The translations under genes were made by a program, and so were the position numbers. DNA of 59,588 bases from contig CAZIPM010000001.1 in the NCBI GenBank assembly GCA_964541395.1, positions 69,833 through 129,420 on the forward strand. Reading direction: 5' to 3'. Each line of letters starts with the position of its first letter. The stretch's first letter is position 1. Of this stretch, positions 26,596 through 37,389 are shown piece after piece. The notes beneath the pieces were generated by a model. It did no database searches and had not been told where the DNA came from. It saw nothing but the letters and a program-made list of their open reading frames with translations. This stretch comes from an uncultured Gammaproteobacteria bacterium. Its GTDB lineage: Bacteria; Patescibacteriota; Microgenomatia; UBA8517.

Positions 26596-27406
26596 TACCC
26601 CAAAATTTTCAGTAATTATTCCTGCATATAAAAGAAATGAAATTGTAAAAGTGGCAATCTTTTCTATTCTAAATCAAAACAATTTTTCAAAAAAACAAGT
26701 TGAAATAATTATTTCAGATGATGAGGATGATATAAATATAAGAAAAATTAATAGGAATTTCTTTAGTGACGTTTACAAAGATACGGTTTACACAATGAAT
26801 GTTAATGAAGAAGGTCCCGGCGGAAATAGGCAAAGTGGATTTGATTTAGCAAAGGGTAAATATGTAATATTTCTAGACTCAGATGATAGATTAAAGCCGA
26901 ACTTTCTGTTAGAAATGGAAAACGGAATAAATAAAATAGATTGTGTCTCAAGTGTATGCTTCTCAGTATCATTATTTGAAAAAGGATTTAGTGTTAAAGA
27001 GAAGCTAAAACTATTACCCTTAATATTTATTAGAGATGTGTCACTTTATGCTGGATACCTGTTTAACAAAAAAACGATTTATCCATCGTCATTCTATTTA
27101 TGTCAGATCTCACACATGATGTTTAAACGTAAGATGATAGAAGAACAAAAATTTAACTATGATTATAGACGAGGGGGAGAAGACTGGGATTTTTTTGTTC
27201 AAACATTAAAGAAAGGCAGCATCGCAATAATACCCAAGAAATTAGTTATTTTTAGATATTCAAAAGGTAGCTCAACGGATAGTTTAATAAATAAGATAAA
27301 TAAATGGAACTCATATAGATTATTACGAAGCAGACTAACAAATAAGTTTCAAAAATGGCCATACTTCCAGTTAATGGGAGCTTACATAAAAATCTTTGGA
27401 AAATGA
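26585..27406 (+). CDS. GT2 glycosyltransferase
   Basis: FSVIIPAY, ISDD, GPGGNR..G, FLDSDD, GEDWDF. Confidence 0.85.
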   Translation: MTNNTPKFSVIIPAYKRNEIVKVAIFSILNQNNFSKKQVEIIISDDEDDINIRKINRNFFSDVYKDTVYTMNVNEEGPGGNRQSGFDLAKGKYVIFLDSDDRLKPNFLLEMENGINKIDCVSSVCFSVSLFEKGFSVKEKLKLLPLIFIRDVSLYAGYLFNKKTIYPSSFYLCQISHMMFKRKMIEEQKFNYDYRRGGEDWDFFVQTLKKGSIAIIPKKLVIFRYSKGSSTDSLINKINKWNSYRLLRSRLTNKFQKWPYFQLMGAYIKIFGK

Positions 27407-28101
27407 TTAAAAAATATAAAAAGGGCAATAAAGTTTGGATTAAAGAAGGTAAAAAGACAATTACTAAAACAAAACACTTGTTAGGGTCTTTAGTTGGAAG
27501 TGTTCGCACTGAACAATTTAGTATTTTTAAAACTCATTTAAAACCCTCAAAAATAAGTATTATCATAGATGTCGGAGTTTCATCTGAGGAAGACATTAAG
27601 GGAACAAACATGTTTGAAAAATTGTACGAATTTCCGAGAAAACTTACATTAGCGACAATAGAAAATGAGAAAAAATTAAAAAGTATTTACCCAAATTGTA
27701 AAGTAGTTAAAATATTACCAAATAAGAAACTACCATTCCCTGACAAATCATTTGATATAGCTGTTTCCTGGGCTACGGTTGAACATGTTGGCAATTATAA
27801 AGATCAAGAATTTTTCTTAAACGAACTTATCAGAATTGCTAAGAAAGTATTTGTTACGACACCCTATAGAGGGTGTTTTTACGAACCTCACTCTGGATTT
27901 ATTTTTATACATTGGCTACCCTTAAGTATTTTTAGATGGATTTGTAAAATTCTAGGTAAAACATACTGGTCAGATGTTAATAATTTAAACCCGCTTAATG
28001 TAGATAATATAAAAAATATGAAGTTAAAGAGAAAACCAAAAATAAACGTTTATAAAATGTTTGGTATTCTACCCAGCCATTTACTAATTATTATTAACTA
28101 A
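27403..28101 (+). CDS. Class I SAM-dependent methyltransferase
   Basis: IIDVG, LPFPDKSFD, ATVEHVG, VTTP, EPHS..FIHWLP; ATGA overlap at 27403. Confidence 0.8.
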   Translation: MIKKYKKGNKVWIKEGKKTITKTKHLLGSLVGSVRTEQFSIFKTHLKPSKISIIIDVGVSSEEDIKGTNMFEKLYEFPRKLTLATIENEKKLKSIYPNCKVVKILPNKKLPFPDKSFDIAVSWATVEHVGNYKDQEFFLNELIRIAKKVFVTTPYRGCFYEPHSGFIFIHWLPLSIFRWICKILGKTYWSDVNNLNPLNVDNIKNMKLKRKPKINVYKMFGILPSHLLIIIN

Positions 28102-28114
28102 TAAAACAGAAAAC

Positions 28115-29005
28115 ATGCCTAAAAAACATAAATACATAATTACAGGTGCTACAGGAAAAATAGGTACAGAACTTATTAAAGTATTAAATAAAGATGATTA
28201 TATTGTATTTACCAGATCCCCAAATAAATTAAACAAATCAATTCGTAAATTTGTTGTAGATCTTTCTAAAGATATAACTATCCCAAAATTTAAAAAATAT
28301 GACACTGTTATTCATTTAGCAGCAGAAACCCATATTGATAGATGCGAAATAGATAGAGAAAAAAAGGAATTTAGTTTAGCGTGGATAAATAATGTATTAG
28401 TAACTAAGCATTTAACGGATTATTGTTTGGTTAATAATAAAAAATTGATAATGTTATCTACAGAATGCGTTTTTGGTGGAAGAAAAAAAAGTTATTCAGA
28501 AAAAGATAAGCCTTCACCAATAAATTGGTATGGAGTAACTAAAAACGAATCTGAAAAGATTATATTGAAAAATTTAAAAGAGTTTGTTGTTTTAAGAACG
28601 GTAATGGCGTATGGTGGTGTATCTAAGAAAATAGATTTACCTAAATATATTTTTAGTGAATTAACTAAAAATAACGTAGTACATTTGTCAAATAACCAAA
28701 AAATAGCCTTTACACATACAAGCGACATTGTTGAAGCTATCTTACTGTCATCTCAAAAAAACATTAATGGAATTTATCATTTTTGTGGTCCAGACGTTTT
28801 ATCACCATATGAATTGGGTAAAATTATAGCTAAAATATATAAGTTTAAAAAAAATTTATTAGTATCTAAGACCCTGAAAGAAATACATGGTGTAAAAATG
28901 GCTAAATTAAGGCTAAAATATTCTGTATTAACAAATAAGAAATTTATAAACACAACGGGTTATAATTCATTCACCGATTTAATAAATGGTTTAATGTTTA
29001 AATAA
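28115..29005 (+). CDS. RmlD-like NDP-4-keto-6-deoxysugar reductase
   Basis: ITGATGKIG, IHLAA.T.ID.CE, STECVFGG, Y.E.D.P.PINWYGVTK. Confidence 0.8.
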   Translation: MPKKHKYIITGATGKIGTELIKVLNKDDYIVFTRSPNKLNKSIRKFVVDLSKDITIPKFKKYDTVIHLAAETHIDRCEIDREKKEFSLAWINNVLVTKHLTDYCLVNNKKLIMLSTECVFGGRKKSYSEKDKPSPINWYGVTKNESEKIILKNLKEFVVLRTVMAYGGVSKKIDLPKYIFSELTKNNVVHLSNNQKIAFTHTSDIVEAILLSSQKNINGIYHFCGPDVLSPYELGKIIAKIYKFKKNLLVSKTLKEIHGVKMAKLRLKYSVLTNKKFINTTGYNSFTDLINGLMFK

Positions 29006-29021
29006 TAATTTAAAAAAATAA

Positions 29022-29780
29022 GTGAAAAAAATATACTACTATCTTCAATTTATTCCAATTATTAAAAATATATTTAATTGGTGGGATGTTATTTATCTCT
29101 ATTTTAAACCTGGAAAACTAATAACTATTAGACTGAGAAACGGATTTAAATTTAATATAATGCACCATCTTGACGCACTGACAATTAAAGAAATATTTAT
29201 TGATAATGATTACAAAGTAAACAAAAATAAGTTTAAAGTAATTATTGATATTGGGGCAAACATAGGCACCTTTTCAATATTAGCCGCAAAAAAATATCCA
29301 CAAGCCAAAATATATTCTTATGAACCTGTGAAAAGTACATACAATTTATTGAGACAAAATATAATGTTAAATAAAATTAGTAATATCAATACTTTTAGGT
29401 ATGGTGTCTCAAATGAGAAAAGGAAAACAGCATTATATGTGGGTAATGCAAGTGGGTTATCTAGCACGACAAAAAGAGGAAAAACATTCAATATAGAAAT
29501 CATTTCGATGGTAACCTTAAAGGATATCTTTGATATGAATAAGATTAATAAATGCGACTTATTAAAAATGGATTGTGAAGGGGGAGAATATTCTATTTTA
29601 TTAAAGACAGACCCAAAAACGCTAAAACGAGTTAATAAATACGTAGTTGAGTATCATGATAATCTAAACGGACATAACGGTAAAGAATTGCTGGAGGTAT
29701 TTCGGAAATTAAATTACAAGGTAAAAATTAATCAGCATAAAATTGAACCAAGTATAGGAATAATATATGCAAGAAGATAA
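29022..29780 (+). CDS. FkbM family methyltransferase
   Basis: IDIGANIGTF, YSYEP, LKMDCEGGE, VEYH. Confidence 0.9.
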   Translation: MKKIYYYLQFIPIIKNIFNWWDVIYLYFKPGKLITIRLRNGFKFNIMHHLDALTIKEIFIDNDYKVNKNKFKVIIDIGANIGTFSILAAKKYPQAKIYSYEPVKSTYNLLRQNIMLNKISNINTFRYGVSNEKRKTALYVGNASGLSSTTKRGKTFNIEIISMVTLKDIFDMNKINKCDLLKMDCEGGEYSILLKTDPKTLKRVNKYVVEYHDNLNGHNGKELLEVFRKLNYKVKINQHKIEPSIGIIYARR

Positions 29781-29857
29781 CATTTGGTTTACTATAGTCA
29801 AAACGACTACCACGCTTACAAAATGTATGTTCTCTGAAAAAAATATTTACCTATAAT

Positions 29858-31765
29858 ATGAAGCTTTATGATTACTTTCAACCCTTGAACTTAAAGAACA
29901 TATTTATATGTATCGCATTATTCATATTTTTTGATATTGTAGGAACACTTTTCAAAAATATAATATTAAGAAGCAATAAAGTATCTGAAGGAAGCAGGTT
30001 GATCAATTGGATAATAGGATTAGGATTATTTGTATTTATATGGTTCTTAATTGGATTTTACATTATACCAACTCAACTAAATATTTTAATATGCATACTA
30101 ATCTTATCAATAATTTGTACCCCATTTTATATTAGAAATAAAGAATATAAAGAATTATCAATCGAATTTAAATTTATTTGGCCTGGAATAGTAATAATTG
30201 TACCACTATTACCCGCAGTATTTGTAAAGGCGTCTTTACCGCCATATTACGCAGATGAAATGGCATACCATTTTATATCACCATACGCAGTAAACAATTT
30301 GTTAAGCACATTTTGGAATTTTGATGGTGGTGCTTTAATGAATGCTCCTCGTTTAATGGATACTTTTTTCATTACCATATTTTCTCTAACAAAAACCTAC
30401 TCCATTATTAGATTGTTTTTGTTTGGAATATTGGCAACCAGTTTATTATATGTGTTTCGAAACTTGAAAAATTATTTTAATATATGGACTGGGATACTGT
30501 TTTTACTACTGTTTCTAGGTCTTCCTCAAGATATAGTTTTTACTTCAACGATCGGTTACGTTGATATATCTTCATATGCGTTCTTAATGATCGGATATTT
30601 AAGTGCTGCAGTATTTTTGTTTGATACAAAAAGAAATGACTTATTAATAATATCATCAATATTCTGGGGGATGTCACTTGGTACAAAGTATCCAACCCTT
30701 AATGCTTTTGGTGCTTTTATTTTATCATTTAGTTTAATCTTCTTGTTATTTATCAAAATAAAAAATAAAAAATATATTTTCCACACCTTACTTAAAAGTT
30801 TTATATTAATTTTTATATTTGGAGGGTACTGGTATTTAAAAAATTTAATTGTTTATGGAAACCCCATATACCCATTTGTATTTTCATGTTGGGGTAAATA
30901 TGTTAGCGACTGTAAAACTGGATCAAATTTTTTTGGAGACTGGACAACAAAAATTACCTTGGATAATTTAATTCCGATATTTAATTCACTTCTACCTGGA
31001 AAACTTATATTAACTTATTTATCTTTTGTTACCCCAATATTTTTATTCTTCAAAAAAGGAAAATTTACAAAAATTTTTCTCCTTTTAGCTATAATAACTT
31101 TTGTAATCGAATTTATCTCTCTGAAATTCATGTCTGGTTTTCAGGTTAGATATCAGCAGCACATGCAGTTCTTTCTTCTTTTATCAATTTCTATTTCGAT
31201 GTTTTATTTTGTTAGGTATTTTAAATTCAACGGATTAGTAAAATATACAACAGTACTGATATTTGTTTTTTTTGTATTGATAAATTATATAAGAGTTGTA
31301 AAGACAACCAATAGTCTTCTAACGGTAACTTGGAATGAAATAAATTATTCGGTATCAAAAATTGATATCTACGATTGGGTAAGAATAAGACTTCCCAGAA
31401 TAGCGGATGCAATATTCTGGTGTGAGAATCCTCCTGGTGGGCAAAAAGGAATTGCAAGATTTGATCCTGATATGATATGGTATGAGGACGATGGATTCAT
31501 GCGTTCGTTTTTAGTAAATTGCTATTATGAAAATCCATCCATTATAACTTCTTCTGAAAAAGAGATGCTAACGGATGCCAAAAATAAGAAATTAAAGTTT
31601 TGGACGGCAACAATAAATAAATGCATGAATCCGGACAAAATTGTTGCAAAAAGGGTTGGGGAAAGTCCAGAAGAAGTTGAGATGAGGAAAGTAAACAACA
31701 TGATGGTGTGCAATTCAAAGGAAATTATGCCTAATTTCTATCTTTTTGATTATCAGGAATTGTAA
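29858..31765 (+). CDS. Large polytopic membrane protein, probable GT-C glycosyltransferase
   Basis: PP...DEMAYH, GYVD, GTKY, WYLKN...YGNPIYPF, RY; Cys-containing C-terminal soluble domain. Confidence 0.7.
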   Translation: MKLYDYFQPLNLKNIFICIALFIFFDIVGTLFKNIILRSNKVSEGSRLINWIIGLGLFVFIWFLIGFYIIPTQLNILICILILSIICTPFYIRNKEYKELSIEFKFIWPGIVIIVPLLPAVFVKASLPPYYADEMAYHFISPYAVNNLLSTFWNFDGGALMNAPRLMDTFFITIFSLTKTYSIIRLFLFGILATSLLYVFRNLKNYFNIWTGILFLLLFLGLPQDIVFTSTIGYVDISSYAFLMIGYLSAAVFLFDTKRNDLLIISSIFWGMSLGTKYPTLNAFGAFILSFSLIFLLFIKIKNKKYIFHTLLKSFILIFIFGGYWYLKNLIVYGNPIYPFVFSCWGKYVSDCKTGSNFFGDWTTKITLDNLIPIFNSLLPGKLILTYLSFVTPIFLFFKKGKFTKIFLLLAIITFVIEFISLKFMSGFQVRYQQHMQFFLLLSISISMFYFVRYFKFNGLVKYTTVLIFVFFVLINYIRVVKTTNSLLTVTWNEINYSVSKIDIYDWVRIRLPRIADAIFWCENPPGGQKGIARFDPDMIWYEDDGFMRSFLVNCYYENPSIITSSEKEMLTDAKNKKLKFWTATINKCMNPDKIVAKRVGESPEEVEMRKVNNMMVCNSKEIMPNFYLFDYQEL

Positions 31766-31766
31766 A

Positions 31767-32888
31767 ATGCGAATTTTTATTATCGATACATACTATCCTG
31801 CCTTTCTTGAAAGTATCTATATAAATAATCCACAGCTGATGGACAGACCTTATAACGATCAAAAGAGGTTTTTTTACAATTCTTTATTTGGGACATCAGA
31901 TTTTTATTCATTTTATTTGAATAAACTTGGCAATAATGCAGAGGAATTTATAGCTAATAATCTAAACCTTCAAAAGAAATGGGCAGAAGAAAATATAATA
32001 AGAAAACAAAATATATTTTTTAGGATCGTTGACACAATAATTCCCAAAATACCATATTATCGTCACCTTATTCCAACCAGGAATGAGCTTGAGATTCTAA
32101 GTGAACAAATAAATAAATTTAAACCAGATGTAATTTACAATCAGAATTTAGGTTATCTGGACCCGATATTTTTAAGATCTATTAAAAGTAAAGCTAAGTT
32201 ATTAGTCGGACAGATTGCTTCACCACCTCCACCAAAAATATTTTTGAAGCCATATGACCTGATAATTACCTCTTTTCCACACTTCGTAAAAAAATTTAAG
32301 AAAATGGGAATAAGGTCAGAATATCTTAAATTGTGTTTTGACACCAGAGTACTGAAAAAATTAAAAAAATATGACAGAAAATTAAACTTGACTTTTGTAG
32401 GTGGAATAACGAATTCACACCAGAAAAGCTTAGATCTTTTAGAAAACGTAGCCAAGGAAACAGAACTTAAAGTTTGGGGGTATGGTAGGAGTAACTTAGA
32501 TATAAACAGTGAATTGTATAAAAGCCACAATGGAGAAGCCTGGGGTGTAGATATGTACAAAATAATGTTACAAAGTAAAATTACTATTAATCGTCATATT
32601 GACGTTGCTGAAAATTATGCCAACAACATGAGGCTTTATGAGGCGACTGGATGTGGTGCAATGCTTCTGACTGACGAGAAGCAAAATTTAGGTGACTTAT
32701 TTGAAGTAGGAAAAGAAGTTGTTACTTATAAAGACAAATTCGACTTAATAGAAAAAGTTCAATATTACTTGTCTAATAATGAAGAAAGAGAGAAAATAGC
32801 AAAAGCTGGTCAGAAAAGAACTTTTATTGACCATACTTATAAGGTCAGAATGAGAGAACTTGAGACTATTTTAAATAAATATGTTTAA
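31767..32888 (+). CDS. CgeB/YkvP-type (Glyco_trans_1_2) glycosyltransferase
   Basis: FVGG, SKITINRH, NMRLYEATGCG, E.IAKAGQ.R...HTY..R. Confidence 0.85.
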   Translation: MRIFIIDTYYPAFLESIYINNPQLMDRPYNDQKRFFYNSLFGTSDFYSFYLNKLGNNAEEFIANNLNLQKKWAEENIIRKQNIFFRIVDTIIPKIPYYRHLIPTRNELEILSEQINKFKPDVIYNQNLGYLDPIFLRSIKSKAKLLVGQIASPPPPKIFLKPYDLIITSFPHFVKKFKKMGIRSEYLKLCFDTRVLKKLKKYDRKLNLTFVGGITNSHQKSLDLLENVAKETELKVWGYGRSNLDINSELYKSHNGEAWGVDMYKIMLQSKITINRHIDVAENYANNMRLYEATGCGAMLLTDEKQNLGDLFEVGKEVVTYKDKFDLIEKVQYYLSNNEEREKIAKAGQKRTFIDHTYKVRMRELETILNKYV

Positions 32889-33834
32889 AAACTATTTGAT
32901 GAAAAAGATAACACCAATTCTTGAAGAGCTTATTGCCCCCACCCTAAAAAGAAGTGTCAGTTTTGCAGGTACTGATGAAGACGTTAAAATTTTAATTGCA
33001 AAAACTTTGATAAACAATATAAAACTAACAAAAACCCTTAAAAGTATATCGGATGCTGAATTTAAGGTTTTTTCTCAATTTGGAGACGATGGGATTATTC
33101 AGTATCTTATAAACACAGTAAGCATATTACCTCAGGAAGAAAATTTTGCTGAGTTCGGTGTTGAAAACTATCGTGAGTCAAACACCAGGTTTTTACTGAT
33201 TAATAATAACTGGAGAGGATTTATCATGGATGGAGATGGAAATTATATAGCCTCAGTAAAAAACTGGAATGAATACTGGAAATATGATTTAACTGCGGTG
33301 GCTGCTTTTGTAACCAAAAAGAATATCAATGTATTGTTCAAAAAATACGGTTTTGATAAAGACCTTGGCATTTTAAGTATTGATGTGGATGGAAATGATT
33401 ATTGGCTCTGGCAAGCATTTACAGTAACCAAACCGGTCATTGTTATTGTAGAGTATAACAGTGTTTTTGGTAAAAAAAGTGCAGTAACCATTCCATATAA
33501 AGAGAATTTTTATAGAACTAAAGCCCATTATTCAAATCTGTATTGGGGAACTTCAATAAAAGCAATAACACTACTTGCCAAAAAGAAAGGCTACGCATTT
33601 GTCGGCAGTAATAGTAATGGAAATAATGCATATTTTGTTAGACGTGATAGATTAGGCAAACTAAAAGAGTTAAATGTCGAGACTGGTTATGTGGAATCAA
33701 AGTATCGTGAGTCAAGGAACAAAGCCGGATCTTTAACGTATGTTGGAGGTGCGGAAAGGCTTAAATTAATAAGAAATCTAAAAGTTGTAAATGTTGTATC
33801 TAATAAAATGTTAAAATTAGACTCCATTATATAA
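32881..33834 (+). CDS. Conserved hypothetical protein, FkbM-like methyltransferase fold
   Basis: VFSQFGDDGII, F.EFGVE, ESNTR.L, LSIDVDGNDYW, IVEYN, NAYFV. Confidence 0.6.
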   Translation: MFKNYLMKKITPILEELIAPTLKRSVSFAGTDEDVKILIAKTLINNIKLTKTLKSISDAEFKVFSQFGDDGIIQYLINTVSILPQEENFAEFGVENYRESNTRFLLINNNWRGFIMDGDGNYIASVKNWNEYWKYDLTAVAAFVTKKNINVLFKKYGFDKDLGILSIDVDGNDYWLWQAFTVTKPVIVIVEYNSVFGKKSAVTIPYKENFYRTKAHYSNLYWGTSIKAITLLAKKKGYAFVGSNSNGNNAYFVRRDRLGKLKELNVETGYVESKYRESRNKAGSLTYVGGAERLKLIRNLKVVNVVSNKMLKLDSII

Positions 33835-33836
33835 AA

Positions 33837-34604
33837 ATGACAAAAGTTTTCGAAAATTACTCTAAATATTACGATTTATTTTATAAAGATAAAGATTACC
33901 TCAAAGAAACAAAGTTTTTGCTTCAGGTTATCAAAAAATATAAATTGATAGGGAAAGACATTCTAAGCTTAGGTTGCGGTACAGCTACATATGAGATACT
34001 ACTTGCAAATAAAGGATTTAATATTGTGGGCTTAGACTTATCAAGGAAGATGTTGAACATCGGGCATAAAAAAGTAGATGATTTGAAGCTAAATAATAAG
34101 ATTAAATTAATTCTTCAGGATGTAAGAAAAATAACGTTACCCAAAAAATTTGACACGGTAATGTGTATGTTTAATGTGATTGGATATCAAAATAGCAATT
34201 CAGATTTGGAATTAATGCTGTCAGGTGTGTCTAAACACCTTAAAAAAGGTGGGTTATTCCTCTTTGACCTTTGGCATGCTCCGGCTGTAATTGCAGATAA
34301 ACCTCAAAACAGGGTTAGAGAAATTGAAGTAGATGGTAGAAAGATAATAAGGAACACTGAATCTAAGTTCCATCCAACGAAAGATTTAATCGAAATTAGA
34401 TTTACAGTTAGCGAAATATCAAGTGGAAAGCATAAAGTAAGAACTCGTGAAGTGCACACGATGCGCTACTTTTCATTACCTGAGACGAGTTATTTTCTGA
34501 AAAAGGCTGGATTGGAATTAGTTGGTGGCTTTAATTTTCCAGACATCAAATCAACGATTTCCGATGACAAATGGGATATTTTTATAGTAGCTAAAAAGAA
34601 ATGA
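33837..34604 (+). CDS. Class I SAM-dependent methyltransferase (sugar N/O-methyltransferase-like)
   Basis: YYDLFY..KDY..E, LGCGT, GLDLS..ML, HLKKGGLFLFD.W, EVH.MRYF. Confidence 0.85.
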   Translation: MTKVFENYSKYYDLFYKDKDYLKETKFLLQVIKKYKLIGKDILSLGCGTATYEILLANKGFNIVGLDLSRKMLNIGHKKVDDLKLNNKIKLILQDVRKITLPKKFDTVMCMFNVIGYQNSNSDLELMLSGVSKHLKKGGLFLFDLWHAPAVIADKPQNRVREIEVDGRKIIRNTESKFHPTKDLIEIRFTVSEISSGKHKVRTREVHTMRYFSLPETSYFLKKAGLELVGGFNFPDIKSTISDDKWDIFIVAKKK

Positions 34605-34617
34605 AAAATGAGATCTT

Positions 34618-35877
34618 ATGAAAATAGGTGTATATTTTACCCCAAAAAAAGATGAAGGAGGAGTTTATCAATATTCTGTAGATATATTGAAGGCTCTGTC
34701 TGGAAGTAAAAAAAATGAGATAGTCGTTTTAACTCTCTCTCCTGATATACCCAGGGAGTTTTATAAATTAAAAAACTTTAAAATAATAGACGTTAATTCA
34801 AATGTCAGGGAAGCGTCGATTAAAGCCAGGAATTTAATAGCAGGAAGCTTGGCTGCGGTTACATCATTTTTGATAAGAAACTTGTATAAATTGAAAATAT
34901 TTGATCTTATTACTCCGCTTTATCGCTACTCACAAAAAAAGTATATAGAAATAATAGAAAAGGAGAAAATAGACATCATGTTTTATCCAACTTCTTCAGA
35001 TTTATCATTTTTGGCCAATACTCCTGCGATTGTTACCGTTCACGATTTGCAACATAGATTAAACCCTCAATTTAGAGAGGTTTCAGCAGGTGGTAGATGG
35101 GAATATAGAGAGTACGGTTTTATAAATATAGCCAAAAATGCTTTTCGAGTTCTGGTTGATTCAAAAATTGGAAAACAGGATATGTTAAAATTTTATTCTC
35201 AATCCAATGGTAAGGTAGAAATATTACCTTATCTGCCTCCATCGTATTTAGATCCTAAAATATCACCGAAAAGTTTAGATACAATATCAAAAAAGTTAAA
35301 CTTACCGAATAAATTTATCTATTACCCTTCTAAATTCTGGCCGCATAAAAACCATATTAACCTAATTAAAGCTATTAGTTTACTTAAAAAGAAGGGCTTG
35401 GAGGTTAATTTAGTGCTAACCGGATCTAAAGATGCTGATTTCTCTACATATGTCAAAGTTCAAAAGTTAATAAATCAATTAAATTTAAAGAAAAACATCT
35501 ATTATCTGGGTTATGTCAACCCCAAAGAATTATCTGTATTGTATAAAAAGGCTACAGCCTTAGTTATGCCCACGTCATTTGGTCCGACTAATATTCCCGT
35601 ACTTGAGGCCTGGTTAATGGGTACACCGGTTGTATATTCGAATGTCAAGGGTTGCAAAGAACAGTTGGGGAATGCTGGGCTTTTAATTAATCCTTATAAG
35701 CCTAAAGACATCGCTGAAAAGATACAAAAGATATACACGGATAAAAATCTTGTTAAAAAATTAATTGAACTAGGTTATATCAGGGTAAACCTCTGGAATA
35801 GAGCTCTTTTTACGAGTAAAATTAATGAAATATTGAAAGATTTTAAAAAAAAACATGTTAAGTATTCAAACAATTAA
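34618..35877 (+). CDS. GT4 glycosyltransferase
   Basis: GGVYQY, TVHDLQH, YP..FWPHKNH, MPT.FGPTNIPVLEA. Confidence 0.9.
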   Translation: MKIGVYFTPKKDEGGVYQYSVDILKALSGSKKNEIVVLTLSPDIPREFYKLKNFKIIDVNSNVREASIKARNLIAGSLAAVTSFLIRNLYKLKIFDLITPLYRYSQKKYIEIIEKEKIDIMFYPTSSDLSFLANTPAIVTVHDLQHRLNPQFREVSAGGRWEYREYGFINIAKNAFRVLVDSKIGKQDMLKFYSQSNGKVEILPYLPPSYLDPKISPKSLDTISKKLNLPNKFIYYPSKFWPHKNHINLIKAISLLKKKGLEVNLVLTGSKDADFSTYVKVQKLINQLNLKKNIYYLGYVNPKELSVLYKKATALVMPTSFGPTNIPVLEAWLMGTPVVYSNVKGCKEQLGNAGLLINPYKPKDIAEKIQKIYTDKNLVKKLIELGYIRVNLWNRALFTSKINEILKDFKKKHVKYSNN

Positions 35878-36265
35878 GTATAAAGGAAAAATATTAGCTC
35901 ACATATTTAAAAAAGAGTTAAAAGCCAATGGAGTAAAATTTCTAACTCCTGATTCATATTCTTTGCAACTTGGGTTATTAGAACATAAAAAAGGAGTAAT
36001 CCTGAAAAGTCATCAGCATAACCCCGATGTTAAATATAAAGTAGACACAACACAGGAATTTTTATATGTTGAAAAAGGCAAAGTAAAGGTTACTTATTAT
36101 TCAAACGATTGGAAAAAAGTTAAAGAGGTGATAATGCACAAAGGCGATTTTTTTCTGCATGTAGACGGAGGACACGGTTTTGAAATGCTTGAAAAATCAA
36201 GATTAATTGAAGTTAAGCAGGGACCATACCCTGGTGAAAATATCGCAAAGATATATAAAAAATGA
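35855..36265 (+). CDS. Cupin-fold protein (WbuC-like)
   Basis: H.H, TQE, G.V, GGHGF, EVKQGPY. Confidence 0.75.
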   Translation: MLSIQTIKYKGKILAHIFKKELKANGVKFLTPDSYSLQLGLLEHKKGVILKSHQHNPDVKYKVDTTQEFLYVEKGKVKVTYYSNDWKKVKEVIMHKGDFFLHVDGGHGFEMLEKSRLIEVKQGPYPGENIAKIYKK

Positions 36266-37389
36266 AAACTGAATTTATACCGGTAAACAAACCTTTGTTG
36301 TCCAAAGAATCTAGAGAAAACGTGCTCAATGCGGTAAATACAGGCTGGCTATCTTCTTCAGGAAGTTGTGTTAAAGAATTCGAAAATAATTTTTCCACAT
36401 ATCTGGGAATGAAATATGCCACGACTGTGTGTAATGGAACCGCAGCCCTACATGTGGCTTTACTTGCCTTAGATATAGGACCAAGTGATGAAGTTATAGT
36501 ACCAGCTTTTACTATGGCAGCTACGTGGCTTGCAGTATTATATGTCGGTGCAACACCCGTATTTGTAGACTGTGAACCCGATACTTTTAATATTGATGTT
36601 AATCAAATTGAGGAAAAAATAACACCAAAGACAAAAGTTATAATCCCTGTTCATATTTATGGTCACCCGTGTGAGATGGATGAAGTTATGAAAATTGCCA
36701 AAAAACATAAACTATATGTAATAGAAGATGCAGCAGAAGCTCACGGAGCTGAGTATAAGGGTAGAAAAACTGGCACTTTCGGAGACATTAGTTGTTTCAG
36801 TTTTTATGCCAATAAAATTATTACAACCGGTGAAGGTGGAATGGTAGTTACCAACAGCCAAAAATTAATTAAGCGGTCCCAACAGTTCAAAGATTTACAT
36901 CATTCAAAGAAAAAAAGATTCATTCATGACGGTGTAGGTTATAACTATCGTATGACAAACTTGCAAGCTGCAGTCGGGGTAGGAGAGCTTAAACAAGTTA
37001 ATAAATATTTAGAGATAAAGATGAATATGGCAAAAAATTATAGAGAATTACTTGAAAATATCCCCGGATTGAGGTTGCCAATCAGCCGTAATAATGTCAA
37101 GAATGTCTACTGGATGTACGGGGTTTTGGTTGATAAAGAAAAATTTGGAATAAACAGAGACCAACTTCGCGATGAACTTGGTAAAGTAGGGATTGAAACC
37201 AGAGATTTTTTTTATCCTCCCACCTCCCAACCAGTGCTCAAGAAGTTTTTAGGAAAAAATGACAAATTTCCAAATTGTGATGAAATAAGTGGAAAAGGTT
37301 TGTATTTACCTTCAGGATTGGCTTTAACAGATAAACAAATGAGAACTGTCGCTGATGCAATAAAAAAGATACATCTTACTTATTCGTGA
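36262..37389 (+). CDS. DegT/DnrJ/EryC1/StrS aminotransferase (perosamine synthase-like)
   Basis: NGTAALH, PVHIYGHP, EDAAEAHG, SFYANKIITTGEGG (PLP Lys), GYNYRMTN, YLPS. Confidence 0.9.
   Translation: MKTEFIPVNKPLLSKESRENVLNAVNTGWLSSSGSCVKEFENNFSTYLGMKYATTVCNGTAALHVALLALDIGPSDEVIVPAFTMAATWLAVLYVGATPVFVDCEPDTFNIDVNQIEEKITPKTKVIIPVHIYGHPCEMDEVMKIAKKHKLYVIEDAAEAHGAEYKGRKTGTFGDISCFSFYANKIITTGEGGMVVTNSQKLIKRSQQFKDLHHSKKKRFIHDGVGYNYRMTNLQAAVGVGELKQVNKYLEIKMNMAKNYRELLENIPGLRLPISRNNVKNVYWMYGVLVDKEKFGINRDQLRDELGKVGIETRDFFYPPTSQPVLKKFLGKNDKFPNCDEISGKGLYLPSGLALTDKQMRTVADAIKKIHLTYS

Noticed and set aside
29795-29809. Small inverted repeat TAGTC-AAAAC-GACTA in an intergenic gap
   Set aside because: Only a 5-bp stem with no U-tract; expected by chance.
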